A stretch of 64,000 nt of DNA from Polaromonas sp. (GTDB lineage Bacteria; Pseudomonadota; Gammaproteobacteria; Burkholderiales; Burkholderiaceae_C). The position numbers were made by a program, and so were the translations under genes. The notes below the pieces were generated by a model that saw only the letters and a program-made list of their open reading frames with translations, was not told the DNA's origin and did not search any database. The stretch covers positions 407 through 64,406 of the forward strand of contig NZ_JANOAL010000098.1 of assembly GCF_031411155.1 (NCBI RefSeq). Reading direction: 5' to 3'. Within the stretch, counting starts at the first letter, position 1, and each line of letters begins with the position of its first letter. Positions 1 to 9,238 of this stretch are shown here, in pieces.

Positions 1-187
1 TCTGGCCGGCCGGCTGACCGGAATACTGCAGGCGGGTTCCCTCGCCCAGCGGCAGCACGCGCGAGGGTCTGCCATAGCGCGCCAGCACGTCGTCACGCGC
101 CATGCCGGGCTGCACCATCCTGACGGCACAGGCGGTGGTGAACAGCGCGCAAACAACAAGCGCTGAAATGGTTTTGAGGCCCGGCAT
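1..187 (-). CDS. Lipoprotein, N-terminal part only (gene runs off left edge); possibly BamE/SmpA_OmlA-like
   Basis: Not in ORF track. ATG at 187-185 preceded by GGGAG. Translation MPGLKTISALVVCALFTTAC... is a signal peptide plus lipobox Cys, followed by PGMARDDVLARYGRPSRV. Open to position 1. Confidence 0.4.
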   Translation of the reverse strand, partial: MPGLKTISALVVCALFTTACAVRMVQPGMARDDVLARYGRPSRVLPLGEGTRLQYSGQPAGQ

Positions 188-287
188 GGCGCGCTCCCGT
201 GAAATGGATGGTCTCGATACCCTGCACTTCAGCCTTCGACCCTCATCGGGTCGCAATGTTCCATTGAAGACCGCAGCTTTGGTGCGC

Positions 288-1385
288 TCAGGACAGGTCC
301 TGCAATTGCACCCAGCCGAGCGTGCCGCCCCGGCTGGAATACCGGCTACTGGCATCATGCCGCTCCCACTGCAGCCTGGCCGCGCGCCCGCCGTACACCG
401 CCTGCTTGAGCCAGGCACATTCGGCCTGCAGCGCCGCGTCGCCGGCCAGCCGGGTGTGCCAGACCTTGGCGGTGGCATCCCAGCGGTAGCCGCGGCTTTT
501 GAGCTGGTCCTTAGCGTCGAACGGGGCACCGGTGGCCTGCAGCCGGTAGCTGGGGGCCTGGGCGCCGGCGATCAGGCGCGCCAGCCCGCTTTGCCCCAGG
601 CCGGGCACTTCGGCCATCAATACCTTTAACAGCGCGTGGCAGTCCATTTCAGCCCGGTGCGCGTCGTAAAACCAGCCCAGATCGGCCGCCAGCGCACTGA
701 GCTTGGCCGAGCCTCGTCCGGCGGCGCTCCAGTCAATGTCGGCAAACGAGCAGGCCCAGTCCAGCCCGGCCGCCCGCGGCAGGCAGGCCTCGACAAACGG
801 GCGGTCAAAGCCGGCGTTGTGGGCAATCACCAGATCAACCCCGTCCAGCAGGCTGGCAATGCGCACCTGGTCGAGTTGCTGGCCGCTGACCATGGCGTCG
901 GTGATGCCGGTGATGTCACGCGCGATTTTCGGGATCGGCATGCCGGGGTCCTGCAAGCCGTCGTAGACCTGCGCCGTGCCCACCGGCTGCCCGGTTTGCG
1001 TGTCCACATCAACGCGCACCAGGGCCATTTCAATGACCTTGTCACGGGCCGCGTCCAGTCCGGTGGTTTCGGTGTCCAGAATGAGTACGCGCGTGACGGA
1101 GCCCGCCAAAGCAGCGGCGAATTGGGTCTGTACCGGCAAACGCCTGAGCACCCGGTAGTCGGGGTGCTGTTCGAGCGCGCAGGCCATGCCCTCCAGCACC
1201 GCCGGGAAAGTCGCGGGCACAGGGACCGGGGAAGCCACTGCCGGTGCGGGTGCTGGCGTGGATACCCTGGACGGCGCGGAGACGGGCGCGGGCCAGGCGG
1301 CGACCGCCCTGCGCGCCTTGGGCTTGGCGGCGGGCGGCGTCAGGGCGGGCTCGTCAAAGCCAAAGCCCAGTTGTACGGTGGTCAT
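288..1385 (-). CDS. DEDDh 3'-5' exonuclease (DNA polymerase III epsilon-like) with Pro/Ala-rich N-terminal linker
   Basis: ExoI motif ILDTETTGLD and HNAGFDRPF motif. Start taken at MTTVQLGF (ATG 1385); the track ORF extends to 1427. Confidence 0.8.
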   Translation of the reverse strand: MTTVQLGFGFDEPALTPPAAKPKARRAVAAWPAPVSAPSRVSTPAPAPAVASPVPVPATFPAVLEGMACALEQHPDYRVLRRLPVQTQFAAALAGSVTRVLILDTETTGLDAARDKVIEMALVRVDVDTQTGQPVGTAQVYDGLQDPGMPIPKIARDITGITDAMVSGQQLDQVRIASLLDGVDLVIAHNAGFDRPFVEACLPRAAGLDWACSFADIDWSAAGRGSAKLSALAADLGWFYDAHRAEMDCHALLKVLMAEVPGLGQSGLARLIAGAQAPSYRLQATGAPFDAKDQLKSRGYRWDATAKVWHTRLAGDAALQAECAWLKQAVYGGRAARLQWERHDASSRYSSRGGTLGWVQLQDLS

Positions 1386-1602
1386 GAGGTAGCTTCCTTG
1401 CGCGGGCGGCAGACTTGCCAGGGCCAACGGCCCCTGGCATCTTTGACGGCAAGACAGAAAGGTCCAGCCGGAAAGACAAGGCGGTCTGTCTGTCCGAAAT
1501 AGGCGTATTTTCGACTATTGCGGTAAACCCTCACGAAGCACCCGTATTGCGGCCCCTCGGGCGGGCCGTGACAAGGGCGAAGGCGGCGGCGCGCCCGCCT
1601 GC

Positions 1603-1965
1603 TTACCGCGCGGCGCCGCTGGCCGTGGCCACGTACTGCGACAGGGCCAGGATCTGGTCCTCGCTGAGGCTGGCCTTGTAGGAAGGCATCTGGCCAATGC
1701 CGTTGCGAAGCGCCTTGGCAACGCGCTGGGCGTCGGGTTTGAGCTCGTCCAGCACCGGGCCGATGGCGCCGCTGGCCCCCGCGTCCTTCAGGGTGTGACA
1801 GACCGCGCAAGCGGGCACGGCGGCCTGCATGAACAGTTTCTTGCCCAGTGCCAGCTGGGCAGCATCGTCTTGCGCGCTGGCCGGCGAGGCGGTGAAGGCC
1901 GCCAGGCCAGCCAGCGCGGCCAGGCTGAAGCGGCTTGCGCTAAAGGATGAAAATTTCGGCATCAT
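1603..1965 (-). CDS. sorB: Sulfite dehydrogenase cytochrome c subunit (SorB-like)
   Basis: MMPKFSSF... signal peptide ending ASA-QD, single CAVCH haem motif, about 120 aa, 34 nt downstream of the Mo subunit gene. The track ORF start (2280) is an upstream extension overlapping sorA. Confidence 0.75.
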   Translation of the reverse strand: MMPKFSSFSASRFSLAALAGLAAFTASPASAQDDAAQLALGKKLFMQAAVPACAVCHTLKDAGASGAIGPVLDELKPDAQRVAKALRNGIGQMPSYKASLSEDQILALSQYVATASGAAR

Positions 1966-1999
1966 GGGTCTCGTTTCGGGCGTGAAGTGGATGGACGTC

Positions 2000-3229
2000 T
2001 CAGGCGACCTTGACGGCCACCGCGTGGTCGGCCCAGCTGGTGTTGTTGTAACCGGCGGCATTTTCCAGGCGTTGCTGCGGCTGGACATTGCCCATGGCGT
2101 CGGTGGCGCGGCTGGCCAGCACATGCTGCCCGGCGGGGAGCCGGGTCTCCAGCACAAACTGGCGCCAGGCATATTTGCCCAGGTCCGGGCCCACCAACCG
2201 GGCGTCGGCCCAGGTCTTGCCGCCGTCAACCGAGACTTCAACGCGCCTGACCGCATGCAGGCCACCAAAAGCAACACCATGGATCTGCACCCGCCCTTTG
2301 CCCAGCGCCGCGCTGTCGGGGCTGGGTGAATTGATCCAGGACTTGACCGTCATTTCCTGCACCGAAGGCTGGTTCGGATCACCCTGAACACCGGGTGGCG
2401 AAATGCGGTAACCGTGCGACATGATCTTGGCGTCGGTTTCCTGCGCCGTGAACGCCAGCCGCTTGATGTACTTGATGTTGTTGACGCCGGTATAGCCGGG
2501 CACGATAAGGCGCAGCGGCCCGCCGTGCGCGAGCGGAATCGCGGCGCCATTCATCTCCCAGGCCAGCATCGCGTCGGCCATGGCCGAGGCGGGAACCGAG
2601 CGCTCGACGACGATGCTTTTCGGATCGAGTCCTTCGGGCAGCTTTTCGCCGCCGGTGCCGGTCATGAAGCGCATGCCGCCCTCCAGGCCGCCCAGCGCCT
2701 CGGCCACCGCGCGCACCGGCACGCCGCTCCAGACCACGCAGCCGGCCGCGCCAACGGTCCAGGGCGTGCCACTCGGTTTGCTGGGGAAAAAGCCGCGGCC
2801 GTTGCCCGAGCACTGCAGCACCATGGCCACGGTTTCAAGGCCCAGGGTTTTGAGCTCGCGCAGGGTCAGCTTGCGCGGATTGCCGACGCCTTCGATGCTG
2901 ATCTCCCAGGCATCGCGGTCGGCCACGATGGAGGCATCGGGCGCAGGCAGGTTGTTGCGGATATAGAGTTGCTCGGCCGGCGTGATGACGCTGGTGCCGA
3001 AGGCGCTGCGCCTGGTTTCTATGGTGGTCGCGCTGTGCACAATCGTGCTGCCGGCGTCTTTCCAGGCCACGTAGGCCGGCAGTGGCTTGGCCTGGGCCGC
3101 GGCGCCGCTACTCCAGCTGGCAAGGCCCAGGGCCGCCAGGGCGTTGGCGCTGCCCGCCAGCAGGTGGCGGCGGCTGAGCGGGGCACGCAATGCGGATGCG
3201 GGCAGTGGGAGCGGATCGTGTTGATTCAT
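2000..3229 (-). CDS. sorA: Sulfite:cytochrome c oxidoreductase molybdopterin subunit (SorA-like)
   Basis: Tat signal SRRHLLAGSANALAALG, sulfite-oxidase-family Moco and dimerisation domain sequence (HGGPLRLIVPGYTGVNNIKYIKRL). Start at MNQHDPL (3229). Confidence 0.8.
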   Translation of the reverse strand: MNQHDPLPLPASALRAPLSRRHLLAGSANALAALGLASWSSGAAAQAKPLPAYVAWKDAGSTIVHSATTIETRRSAFGTSVITPAEQLYIRNNLPAPDASIVADRDAWEISIEGVGNPRKLTLRELKTLGLETVAMVLQCSGNGRGFFPSKPSGTPWTVGAAGCVVWSGVPVRAVAEALGGLEGGMRFMTGTGGEKLPEGLDPKSIVVERSVPASAMADAMLAWEMNGAAIPLAHGGPLRLIVPGYTGVNNIKYIKRLAFTAQETDAKIMSHGYRISPPGVQGDPNQPSVQEMTVKSWINSPSPDSAALGKGRVQIHGVAFGGLHAVRRVEVSVDGGKTWADARLVGPDLGKYAWRQFVLETRLPAGQHVLASRATDAMGNVQPQQRLENAAGYNNTSWADHAVAVKVA

Positions 3230-3311
3230 GCTGTTGTCTCCGTTAAAGGTCAGAGTTGATACGGCTTGTCGATTAGAGTGTGCGTGAAAAAATCGGGGCG
3301 GGCTATCGTTT

Positions 3312-4367
3312 TCAGTGGCGCAACAGGATGGCGGCCAGCACAAACGCGGCCATCCACAGCGTCTCGACCAGCAGCAGCATGAAAGGACGCCAGCCGGCAC
3401 GGGCCAGTTGCATGAAGGAGGTCTTCATGCCCAGCGCGGCGATGGCGACGACCAGGCAGGCACGCGAGACGTCATTGAGGCCGGTTTGCACAACGGTGGG
3501 CACACCGCCCATGGAGTTGATGATCACCAGGGCGACGAACACCCACAGAAACCAGGGCACCAGGGGTTGTTTGGCGGCGGCCGAGGCCTCTTCATGCTGC
3601 TCGCGCTGCCGCTTGAACAGACTGGACACCACGACCACGACCACGGCCAGCATGGACACGCGAAACAGCTTGACGATGGTCGCGTAGTCGCCGGTTTCCG
3701 GGTTCAGCATATAGCCCGCGCCGACCACCTGGGCCACGTCATGAATCGTGCCGCCCAGAAACAGGCCGGCCAGCTCGGGCGGCAGGTGCAGCAGCTTGGC
3801 GATCAGCGGGTAAATCACCATGGCCAGGGTGGACAGCACCGTCACGGTCACCACTACCATCAGGGTGAAGCGCTCACTTTCCTTGTTGCGCGGCAACACT
3901 GCGGAGATCGCCAGCGCGGCCGAGGCGCCGCAAATCGCGACCGAACCGCCGGACAACACACTTTCGGCACGATTCATGCCCAGTCGCCGCCCCAACAACA
4001 CGCCGCACAGCAGCGTGGTCACGACCGCCGTGATGACGATGGCCGCCGTGCTCCAGCCCAGGCCGGCAATCTGGCTGGCCGTGATACGCGCGCCGAGCAG
4101 GCCGACGCCCAGGCGCAATACCGTGCGGGAGCAGAACTCGATGCCGGGCCGGGTCTTGGCGTCGTGGCTGAGGTAGTGAAAGGCAACCCCAAAGAACAGC
4201 GCATACAGCAGTTGCGGCCCGCCGTGCAGCTTGGACACCAGGGTGGCGGCCATCGCGATGACGGCGGACAGGGCAGCGCCCGGAACAAAGTGCTGCAGCT
4301 GCTGCAGGCGCGAATTGGGAGAAATCATGGGTGCGACGGTTTTTGGGGCGTCAGGGGCTGCGCTCAT
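3312..4367 (-). CDS. tauZ: Putative sulfate exporter family transporter (YeiH/UPF0324, TauZ/SuyZ-like)
   Basis: Polytopic membrane protein with YeiH-family N-terminus (LQHFVPGAALSAVIAMAATLVSKL...). Start MSAAPDAP at 4367 overlaps the pta stop by 4 nt (ATGA). Lies between pta and sorA. Confidence 0.65.
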   Translation of the reverse strand: MSAAPDAPKTVAPMISPNSRLQQLQHFVPGAALSAVIAMAATLVSKLHGGPQLLYALFFGVAFHYLSHDAKTRPGIEFCSRTVLRLGVGLLGARITASQIAGLGWSTAAIVITAVVTTLLCGVLLGRRLGMNRAESVLSGGSVAICGASAALAISAVLPRNKESERFTLMVVVTVTVLSTLAMVIYPLIAKLLHLPPELAGLFLGGTIHDVAQVVGAGYMLNPETGDYATIVKLFRVSMLAVVVVVVSSLFKRQREQHEEASAAAKQPLVPWFLWVFVALVIINSMGGVPTVVQTGLNDVSRACLVVAIAALGMKTSFMQLARAGWRPFMLLLVETLWMAAFVLAAILLRH

Positions 4368-5395
4368 GGCGTTTGCCCCGCGTTTGCCGTACGCGCGTGC
4401 ATCAAGACCGCCAGCGCACAGGATGCAATGCGGCTGGCGACCGAGTCGGACCGGCTGGTCAGCACAATCGGCACCCGCATGCCGAGCACCAGCCCGGCGC
4501 ATTCGGCCCCCGCCATGTAAACCAGTTGTTTGTAAAGCATGTTGCCGGCTTCCAGACTGGGCACCAGCAGCATGTCGGGCCGGCCCGCCACGGGCGACAC
4601 GATGCCCTTGTTGTGGGCCGACTCTGCCGAGATCGCGTTGTCGAAGGCCAGCGGGCCGTCGAGGACGCCGCCCACAATCTGGCCGCGGTCGGCCATCTTG
4701 CACAGCGCCGCAGCATCCAGCGTGCTGGGGATGCCGGGATTGACGGTTTCCACCGCCGACAAAATGGCCACGTGCGGGGTGGCGATGCCCAGGGCCTGGG
4801 CAAAGTCGATCGCGTTCTGGGCAATATCGCGTTTTTCCACCAGGGTTGGCGCAATGTTGACCACGCAGTCGGTGAGCAGCAAGGGCCGCAGGTAGCCGGG
4901 CACATCAAGCACAAAAACATGGCTGGCGCGCCGGCCGGTTCGCAGGCCCGCGTCACGCGTCACGGCGGCGGCCAGCAGTTCATCGCTGTGCAAACTGCCT
5001 TTCATCAGGGCGGCGGCGTGACCATCGCGGCACAGCGTGGCGGCCAGCGCCGCCGCAACGCGCGAGTCATCGGCGGTGTCATGCAGCGTGAAGCCGCCAA
5101 TATCCAGCCCGGCTTCTGCAGCCACCGCCTCGATGCGCGCGCGCGGCCCGACCAGAAGCGGTGTCATCAGGCCTGCGTGCGCCGCCTCGGTAACAGCAGT
5201 GAGCGAAGAGCGGTCACAGGGGTAAGCGACGGCGACCGCCAGCGGGCCGCGAGCCCGGGCCTGCTCGACCAGCGCCAGCAGATGCGGGTGCGACGGCGCG
5301 GTCGCGTGCAGCGCGCTGCCGGCGGCAGGCGCAAAGTCATTGGGTGCCATGGGGAATCCCGGTGAAGATGGACAGGGGCGCTGCGGCATGAACAC
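4364..5395 (-). CDS. pta: Phosphate acetyltransferase (short Pta/phosphate butyryltransferase family)
   Basis: PTA_PTB family sequence (VGPRARIEAVAAEAGLDI..., MLLVPSLEAGNMLYKQL), directly downstream of xsc as in characterised sulfoacetaldehyde clusters. Start uncertain (5395, 5389 or 5350). Confidence 0.75.
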   Translation of the reverse strand: MFMPQRPCPSSPGFPMAPNDFAPAAGSALHATAPSHPHLLALVEQARARGPLAVAVAYPCDRSSLTAVTEAAHAGLMTPLLVGPRARIEAVAAEAGLDIGGFTLHDTADDSRVAAALAATLCRDGHAAALMKGSLHSDELLAAAVTRDAGLRTGRRASHVFVLDVPGYLRPLLLTDCVVNIAPTLVEKRDIAQNAIDFAQALGIATPHVAILSAVETVNPGIPSTLDAAALCKMADRGQIVGGVLDGPLAFDNAISAESAHNKGIVSPVAGRPDMLLVPSLEAGNMLYKQLVYMAGAECAGLVLGMRVPIVLTSRSDSVASRIASCALAVLMHARTANAGQTP

Positions 5396-5412
5396 CGCAG
5401 CGCCGTTGCGAC

Positions 5413-7239
5413 TCAGACGTAGTCTTTGTACTTCTCGAGGAAGCGCACGGGCTTGGCCAGCGCGTCACGGCGGAACGGGTCACCCAGCTCGCGCGTGCAC
5501 ATGATCTCGATGACGCAGGTCTTGCCTTCGTTCATCTGCATGTCGACCGCTTTCTTGAGCGCGGCACCGACGTCCTCGAGTTTGTCGACCACGATGGCCT
5601 CGGCCCCCATGGCCTGGGCGATGGCGGCAAAGCTTTCGCTTTCCAGCTCGCCCGCCACGAAGCGGCGGTTATAGAAGTCAACCTGGTTCTTCTTCTCGGC
5701 GCCCCACTGGCGGTTGTGGAACACCACGGCCGTCACCGGAATGTCGTGGCGCACGGCGGTCATGATCTCGACCATGCTCATGCCCCAGGCGCCGTCACCG
5801 GCATAGGCGATGGCAGGACGATCCATGGCGGCCAGCTTGGCGCCGATGATGGTGGGCAGCGCGTAACCGCAGTTGCCAAAGCTCATGGGCGCGAAGAAGC
5901 TGCGCGGCTCATCGAAACGCAGGTAGCTGTTGGCCACCGAGTTGATGTTGCCAATGTCGGTGGAAACCATGGCCCGCTTGGGCATGGCTTTTTCCAGTTC
6001 GCGCAGCACCTGGCGGGGATGCAGGTACTCGCCGCCATTGAAGGTCTTTTCCTTGGCGTTTTCCTCGATCATGTCCAGGCTGTACGGGTCTTTTTCGTGC
6101 GTCCAGGCGTCAAGCTCCTTTTCCCAGGCGTCTTTTTCGGCCTTGATCTTGACGGCGCGTTCGGCCTTGGTGGCATCACAGACCAGGGTTTTGCCCACCA
6201 GGCGCTTGGTCAGTTCCGCGGCGGCGGCTTTGGCATCGCCACAGATACCGACGGAGATTTTCTTGACCAGGCCCAGGTTGGTGTGGTCGGCTTCGACCTG
6301 AATGATCTTGGCGGTCTTGGGCCAGTAGTCCATGCCATGCTGTGGCAAGGTGCCGAAGGGGCCCATGCGCGAGCCGAGCGCGATCACCACGTCAGCCTGG
6401 GCAATCAGTTTCATCGCGGCCTTGGAGCCCTGGTAACCGAGAGGACCGGCCCACAGGGGGTGGCTGGCCGGGAACGAGTCATTGCGCAGGTAGCCATTGA
6501 CGACCGGTGCGCCCAGGCGCTCGGCCAGGGCCTTGCACTCCTCCACCGCATCGCCCATGACGACACCGCCGCCGGACAGGATCACCGGAAACTTGGCCGT
6601 GGCCAGCAGTTCGGCGGCCGCGTTCAGGGATTCCTCGCCGCCGGCGCCGCGCTCGACCCGCATCGGCTTGGGAATCTCGCACTCGATTTCGCCGTAGAAG
6701 TAGTCGCGCGGAATGTTGAGCTGGGTCGGGCCGTTGTCGGAAATGGCGCGGTCAAAGCAGCGCGCCGTGTATTCGGCCATGCGCTTGGGGTGGGTGACAT
6801 GGCCCTGGTACTTGGTGAACTCCTGGAACATCGGCAGCTGGTTGGCTTCCTGGAAGCCGCCCAGACCCATGCCGGTGGTGCCGGTTTCGGGCGTGATCAT
6901 CACGACCGGGCTGTGCGCCCAGTAAGCGGCCGCAATGGCCGTGACGCAGTTGCTGATGCCGGGGCCGTTCTGGCCAATGACCACGCCGTGGCGGCCGCTG
7001 ACGCGGGCATAGCCGTCAGCCATGTGGCCGGCGCCCTGCTCGTGCACGACCGGAATCAGGCGGATGCCGGCGGGGGCAAAGATGTCCATGGCATCCATGA
7101 AGGCGGACCCCATGATGCCGAACATTTCGGTCACGCCATTGGCGACCATGGTTTCGACAAAGGCTTCAGAGGGCGTCATTTTCTGAACGCCACTGACAAC
7201 GGTGCGGACGGCTTGGGAATCGGGCTTGGGCTGCTTCAT
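5413..7239 (-). CDS. xsc: Sulfoacetaldehyde acetyltransferase (ThDP-dependent)
   Basis: About 608 aa. N-terminus MTPSEAFVETMVANGVTEMFGIMGSAF, ThDP motif GDGAWGMSMVEIMTAVRHDIPVTAVVFHNRQWG. Context with pta, sulfite dehydrogenase and tau genes. Start at MKQPKP (7239). Confidence 0.85.
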   Translation of the reverse strand: MKQPKPDSQAVRTVVSGVQKMTPSEAFVETMVANGVTEMFGIMGSAFMDAMDIFAPAGIRLIPVVHEQGAGHMADGYARVSGRHGVVIGQNGPGISNCVTAIAAAYWAHSPVVMITPETGTTGMGLGGFQEANQLPMFQEFTKYQGHVTHPKRMAEYTARCFDRAISDNGPTQLNIPRDYFYGEIECEIPKPMRVERGAGGEESLNAAAELLATAKFPVILSGGGVVMGDAVEECKALAERLGAPVVNGYLRNDSFPASHPLWAGPLGYQGSKAAMKLIAQADVVIALGSRMGPFGTLPQHGMDYWPKTAKIIQVEADHTNLGLVKKISVGICGDAKAAAAELTKRLVGKTLVCDATKAERAVKIKAEKDAWEKELDAWTHEKDPYSLDMIEENAKEKTFNGGEYLHPRQVLRELEKAMPKRAMVSTDIGNINSVANSYLRFDEPRSFFAPMSFGNCGYALPTIIGAKLAAMDRPAIAYAGDGAWGMSMVEIMTAVRHDIPVTAVVFHNRQWGAEKKNQVDFYNRRFVAGELESESFAAIAQAMGAEAIVVDKLEDVGAALKKAVDMQMNEGKTCVIEIMCTRELGDPFRRDALAKPVRFLEKYKDYV

Positions 7240-7275
7240 TACGGTCTCCTGTGGTCTGTCATGGTGGTTGAAATC

Positions 7276-7314
7276 AAAAATTCGATACGCTTCGTTCTGA
7301 ATATCGGAATTTTT
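7276..7314. promoter_or_regulatory. Imperfect inverted repeat in the AT-rich xsc / IclR divergent promoter region (candidate operator)
   Basis: AAAAATTCGATA-N14-TATCGGAATTTTT. The arms are complementary apart from one extra base. Located between xsc start (7239) and IclR start (7385). Confidence 0.3.
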
Positions 7315-7384
7315 ATGAAATATATACGCCACTCACAAACTCGTCAACAAAAATCTCAATAAATAGAACATTTATGCACAATTT

Positions 7385-8227
7385 ATGGAATACGGCTATC
7401 ATTCATCCATGCAAAGTGTGCCCACCCTCAAATCTGACCCGGTTGAAGTCAACGGCGACACGCCGACGATGAGACTGTTTGCGTTGCTGGAGGTGATTGC
7501 CTCCAAAGACCAGTTTTTCTCGCTGCAGGGGCTGACGGAAGAAACCCGCATTCCCAAGCCCACCCTGCACCGCATGCTGCAGCAGCTCGAGAGCGCCGGC
7601 TTGCTGGAACGCAGCGTGGACGGACGGTTTTACGGAACCGGCGTGCGCTTGCGCAAGCTGGCCGAGAACCTCTTGCTCAACGACATCTCCCATGGCGCGC
7701 GGCATGCCGTGCTGCGTCATCTGGTCGCCGAAGTGGGAGAAAGCTGCAACCTCACTGCGCTCAGCGGCAGCGAAGTGGTCTACCTGGACCGGGTGGAAAC
7801 CGCCGCACCGTTGCGCTTTTACCTGCACCCGGGCTCACGGGTACCGGTTCACTGCTCGGCCAGTGGCAAGGTGTTTCTGTCTGAAATGACACCGTCACAG
7901 CGCCAGCGCCTGCTGGCGCACGCGCCGCTTGAAGCCTACACCGCCAAGACCCTGACCCACATTGATCAGCTCGAACAGGAAATCCGGCAAATCAAGCGCC
8001 AGGGATTCGCGCTGGACAACGAGGAGTTTCTGCCGGGCCTGCTGTGCGTCGCCACGCTGGTGCCGAGTGCTAGCGGACGCTCCAATTTGTGCGTGGCGGT
8101 ACAGGCCCCCATCATGCGGCTGACGGCCGACAAGGCCCTGCATCTGCTGCCTGCGCTGCAACGCGCTGCCGAAGCCCTGAGCCGCATCGAAACCGATGCG
8201 GCACCCACCACCCAGGCGAGCGCCTGA
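7385..8227 (+). CDS. IclR family transcriptional regulator
   Basis: N-terminal wHTH (FSLQGLTEETRIPKPTLHRMLQQLESAGLL) plus IclR effector domain. Divergent from xsc. IclR-type regulators are known for sulfoacetate/isethionate loci, but the ligand cannot be inferred here. Confidence 0.8.
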   Translation: MEYGYHSSMQSVPTLKSDPVEVNGDTPTMRLFALLEVIASKDQFFSLQGLTEETRIPKPTLHRMLQQLESAGLLERSVDGRFYGTGVRLRKLAENLLLNDISHGARHAVLRHLVAEVGESCNLTALSGSEVVYLDRVETAAPLRFYLHPGSRVPVHCSASGKVFLSEMTPSQRQRLLAHAPLEAYTAKTLTHIDQLEQEIRQIKRQGFALDNEEFLPGLLCVATLVPSASGRSNLCVAVQAPIMRLTADKALHLLPALQRAAEALSRIETDAAPTTQASA

Positions 8228-8253
8228 AGCCCGCACAAGCAATGGAGCCCACC

Positions 8254-9234
8254 ATGACGGATCTGACCGGCATTCACCCTGACCGCATGATTTCGGTGCG
8301 CGAGGTTTTCGGCATCGACACCGAACTGCTGGTGCCGGCGTTCACCGAACGCGATGAACATGTGCCCGATGTCGACCCGGCCTACCGCTTCAATCCGGCG
8401 GTCACGCTGGCACTGCTGGCGGGCTTTAGCCGCGACCGCCGGGTACTGGTGCAGGGGCTGCATGGCACGGGCAAATCCACGCACATCGAACAGGTGGCCG
8501 CGCGGCTGAACTGGCCCTGCGTGCGCGTCAACCTCGACGGCCACATCAGCCGGCTTGACCTGGTGGGCAAGGACGCCGTGGCGCTGCGCGATGGCCTGCA
8601 GGTCACCGAATTCCAGGAAGGCATCGTGCCGTGGGCGCTGCAACGTCCCGTCGCGCTGATTTTTGACGAATACGATGCCGGCCGCCCCGATGTGATGTTC
8701 GTGATCCAGCGCCTGCTTGAGCGTGACGGCAAATTCACCCTGATGGACCAAAACCGGGTGCTCAGGCCGCACCCCTATTTTCGCCTGTTCGCCACCGCCA
8801 ACACCGTGGGCCTGGGCAATCTGAACGGCCTGTACCACGGGGCGCAGCGACTCAACCATGCACAGATTGACCGGTGGAACATTGTGGCGGCGCTGAACTA
8901 CCTGCCGCGCGATGAGGAAATCGCCATCGTGCAGGCCCGGGTGCCCCAGTTTGCCAACGAGACCGGACGCGCCATGGTTGACTCGATGGTGGCGGTGGCC
9001 GACCTGACGCGCAAGGGCTTCAGGGTCGGCGATCTGTCGACCCTGATGTCTCCCCGCACCGTCATCACCTGGGCCGAAAACGTGGATATCTTCCGCGATC
9101 CGGCGCTGGCGTTTCGCCTGTCGTTCGTCAACAAGTGCGATGAGGCCGAACGCCCGGTGGTGGCAGAATACTTTCAGCGCTGCTTCAACCGGGAGCTGGA
9201 CGAGTCTTACCAGCTGACCACCCAGCACGGGTGA
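8254..9234 (+). CDS. cobS: CobS-like AAA+ (MoxR-class) ATPase
   Basis: Walker A GLHGTGKST and CobS-type sequence throughout. ATG 8254 has GGAG 6 nt upstream (alternative ATG at 8242). Begins 14-26 nt after the IclR stop. Confidence 0.75.
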   Translation: MTDLTGIHPDRMISVREVFGIDTELLVPAFTERDEHVPDVDPAYRFNPAVTLALLAGFSRDRRVLVQGLHGTGKSTHIEQVAARLNWPCVRVNLDGHISRLDLVGKDAVALRDGLQVTEFQEGIVPWALQRPVALIFDEYDAGRPDVMFVIQRLLERDGKFTLMDQNRVLRPHPYFRLFATANTVGLGNLNGLYHGAQRLNHAQIDRWNIVAALNYLPRDEEIAIVQARVPQFANETGRAMVDSMVAVADLTRKGFRVGDLSTLMSPRTVITWAENVDIFRDPALAFRLSFVNKCDEAERPVVAEYFQRCFNRELDESYQLTTQHG

Positions 9235-9238
9235 GCCC

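Noticed and set aside
5716-7362. 548-aa ORF on the plus strand
   Set aside because: It is entirely antisense to xsc. The His/Gly/Arg/Ala-rich composition is typical of the shadow frame of a high-GC gene, with no recognisable motifs.
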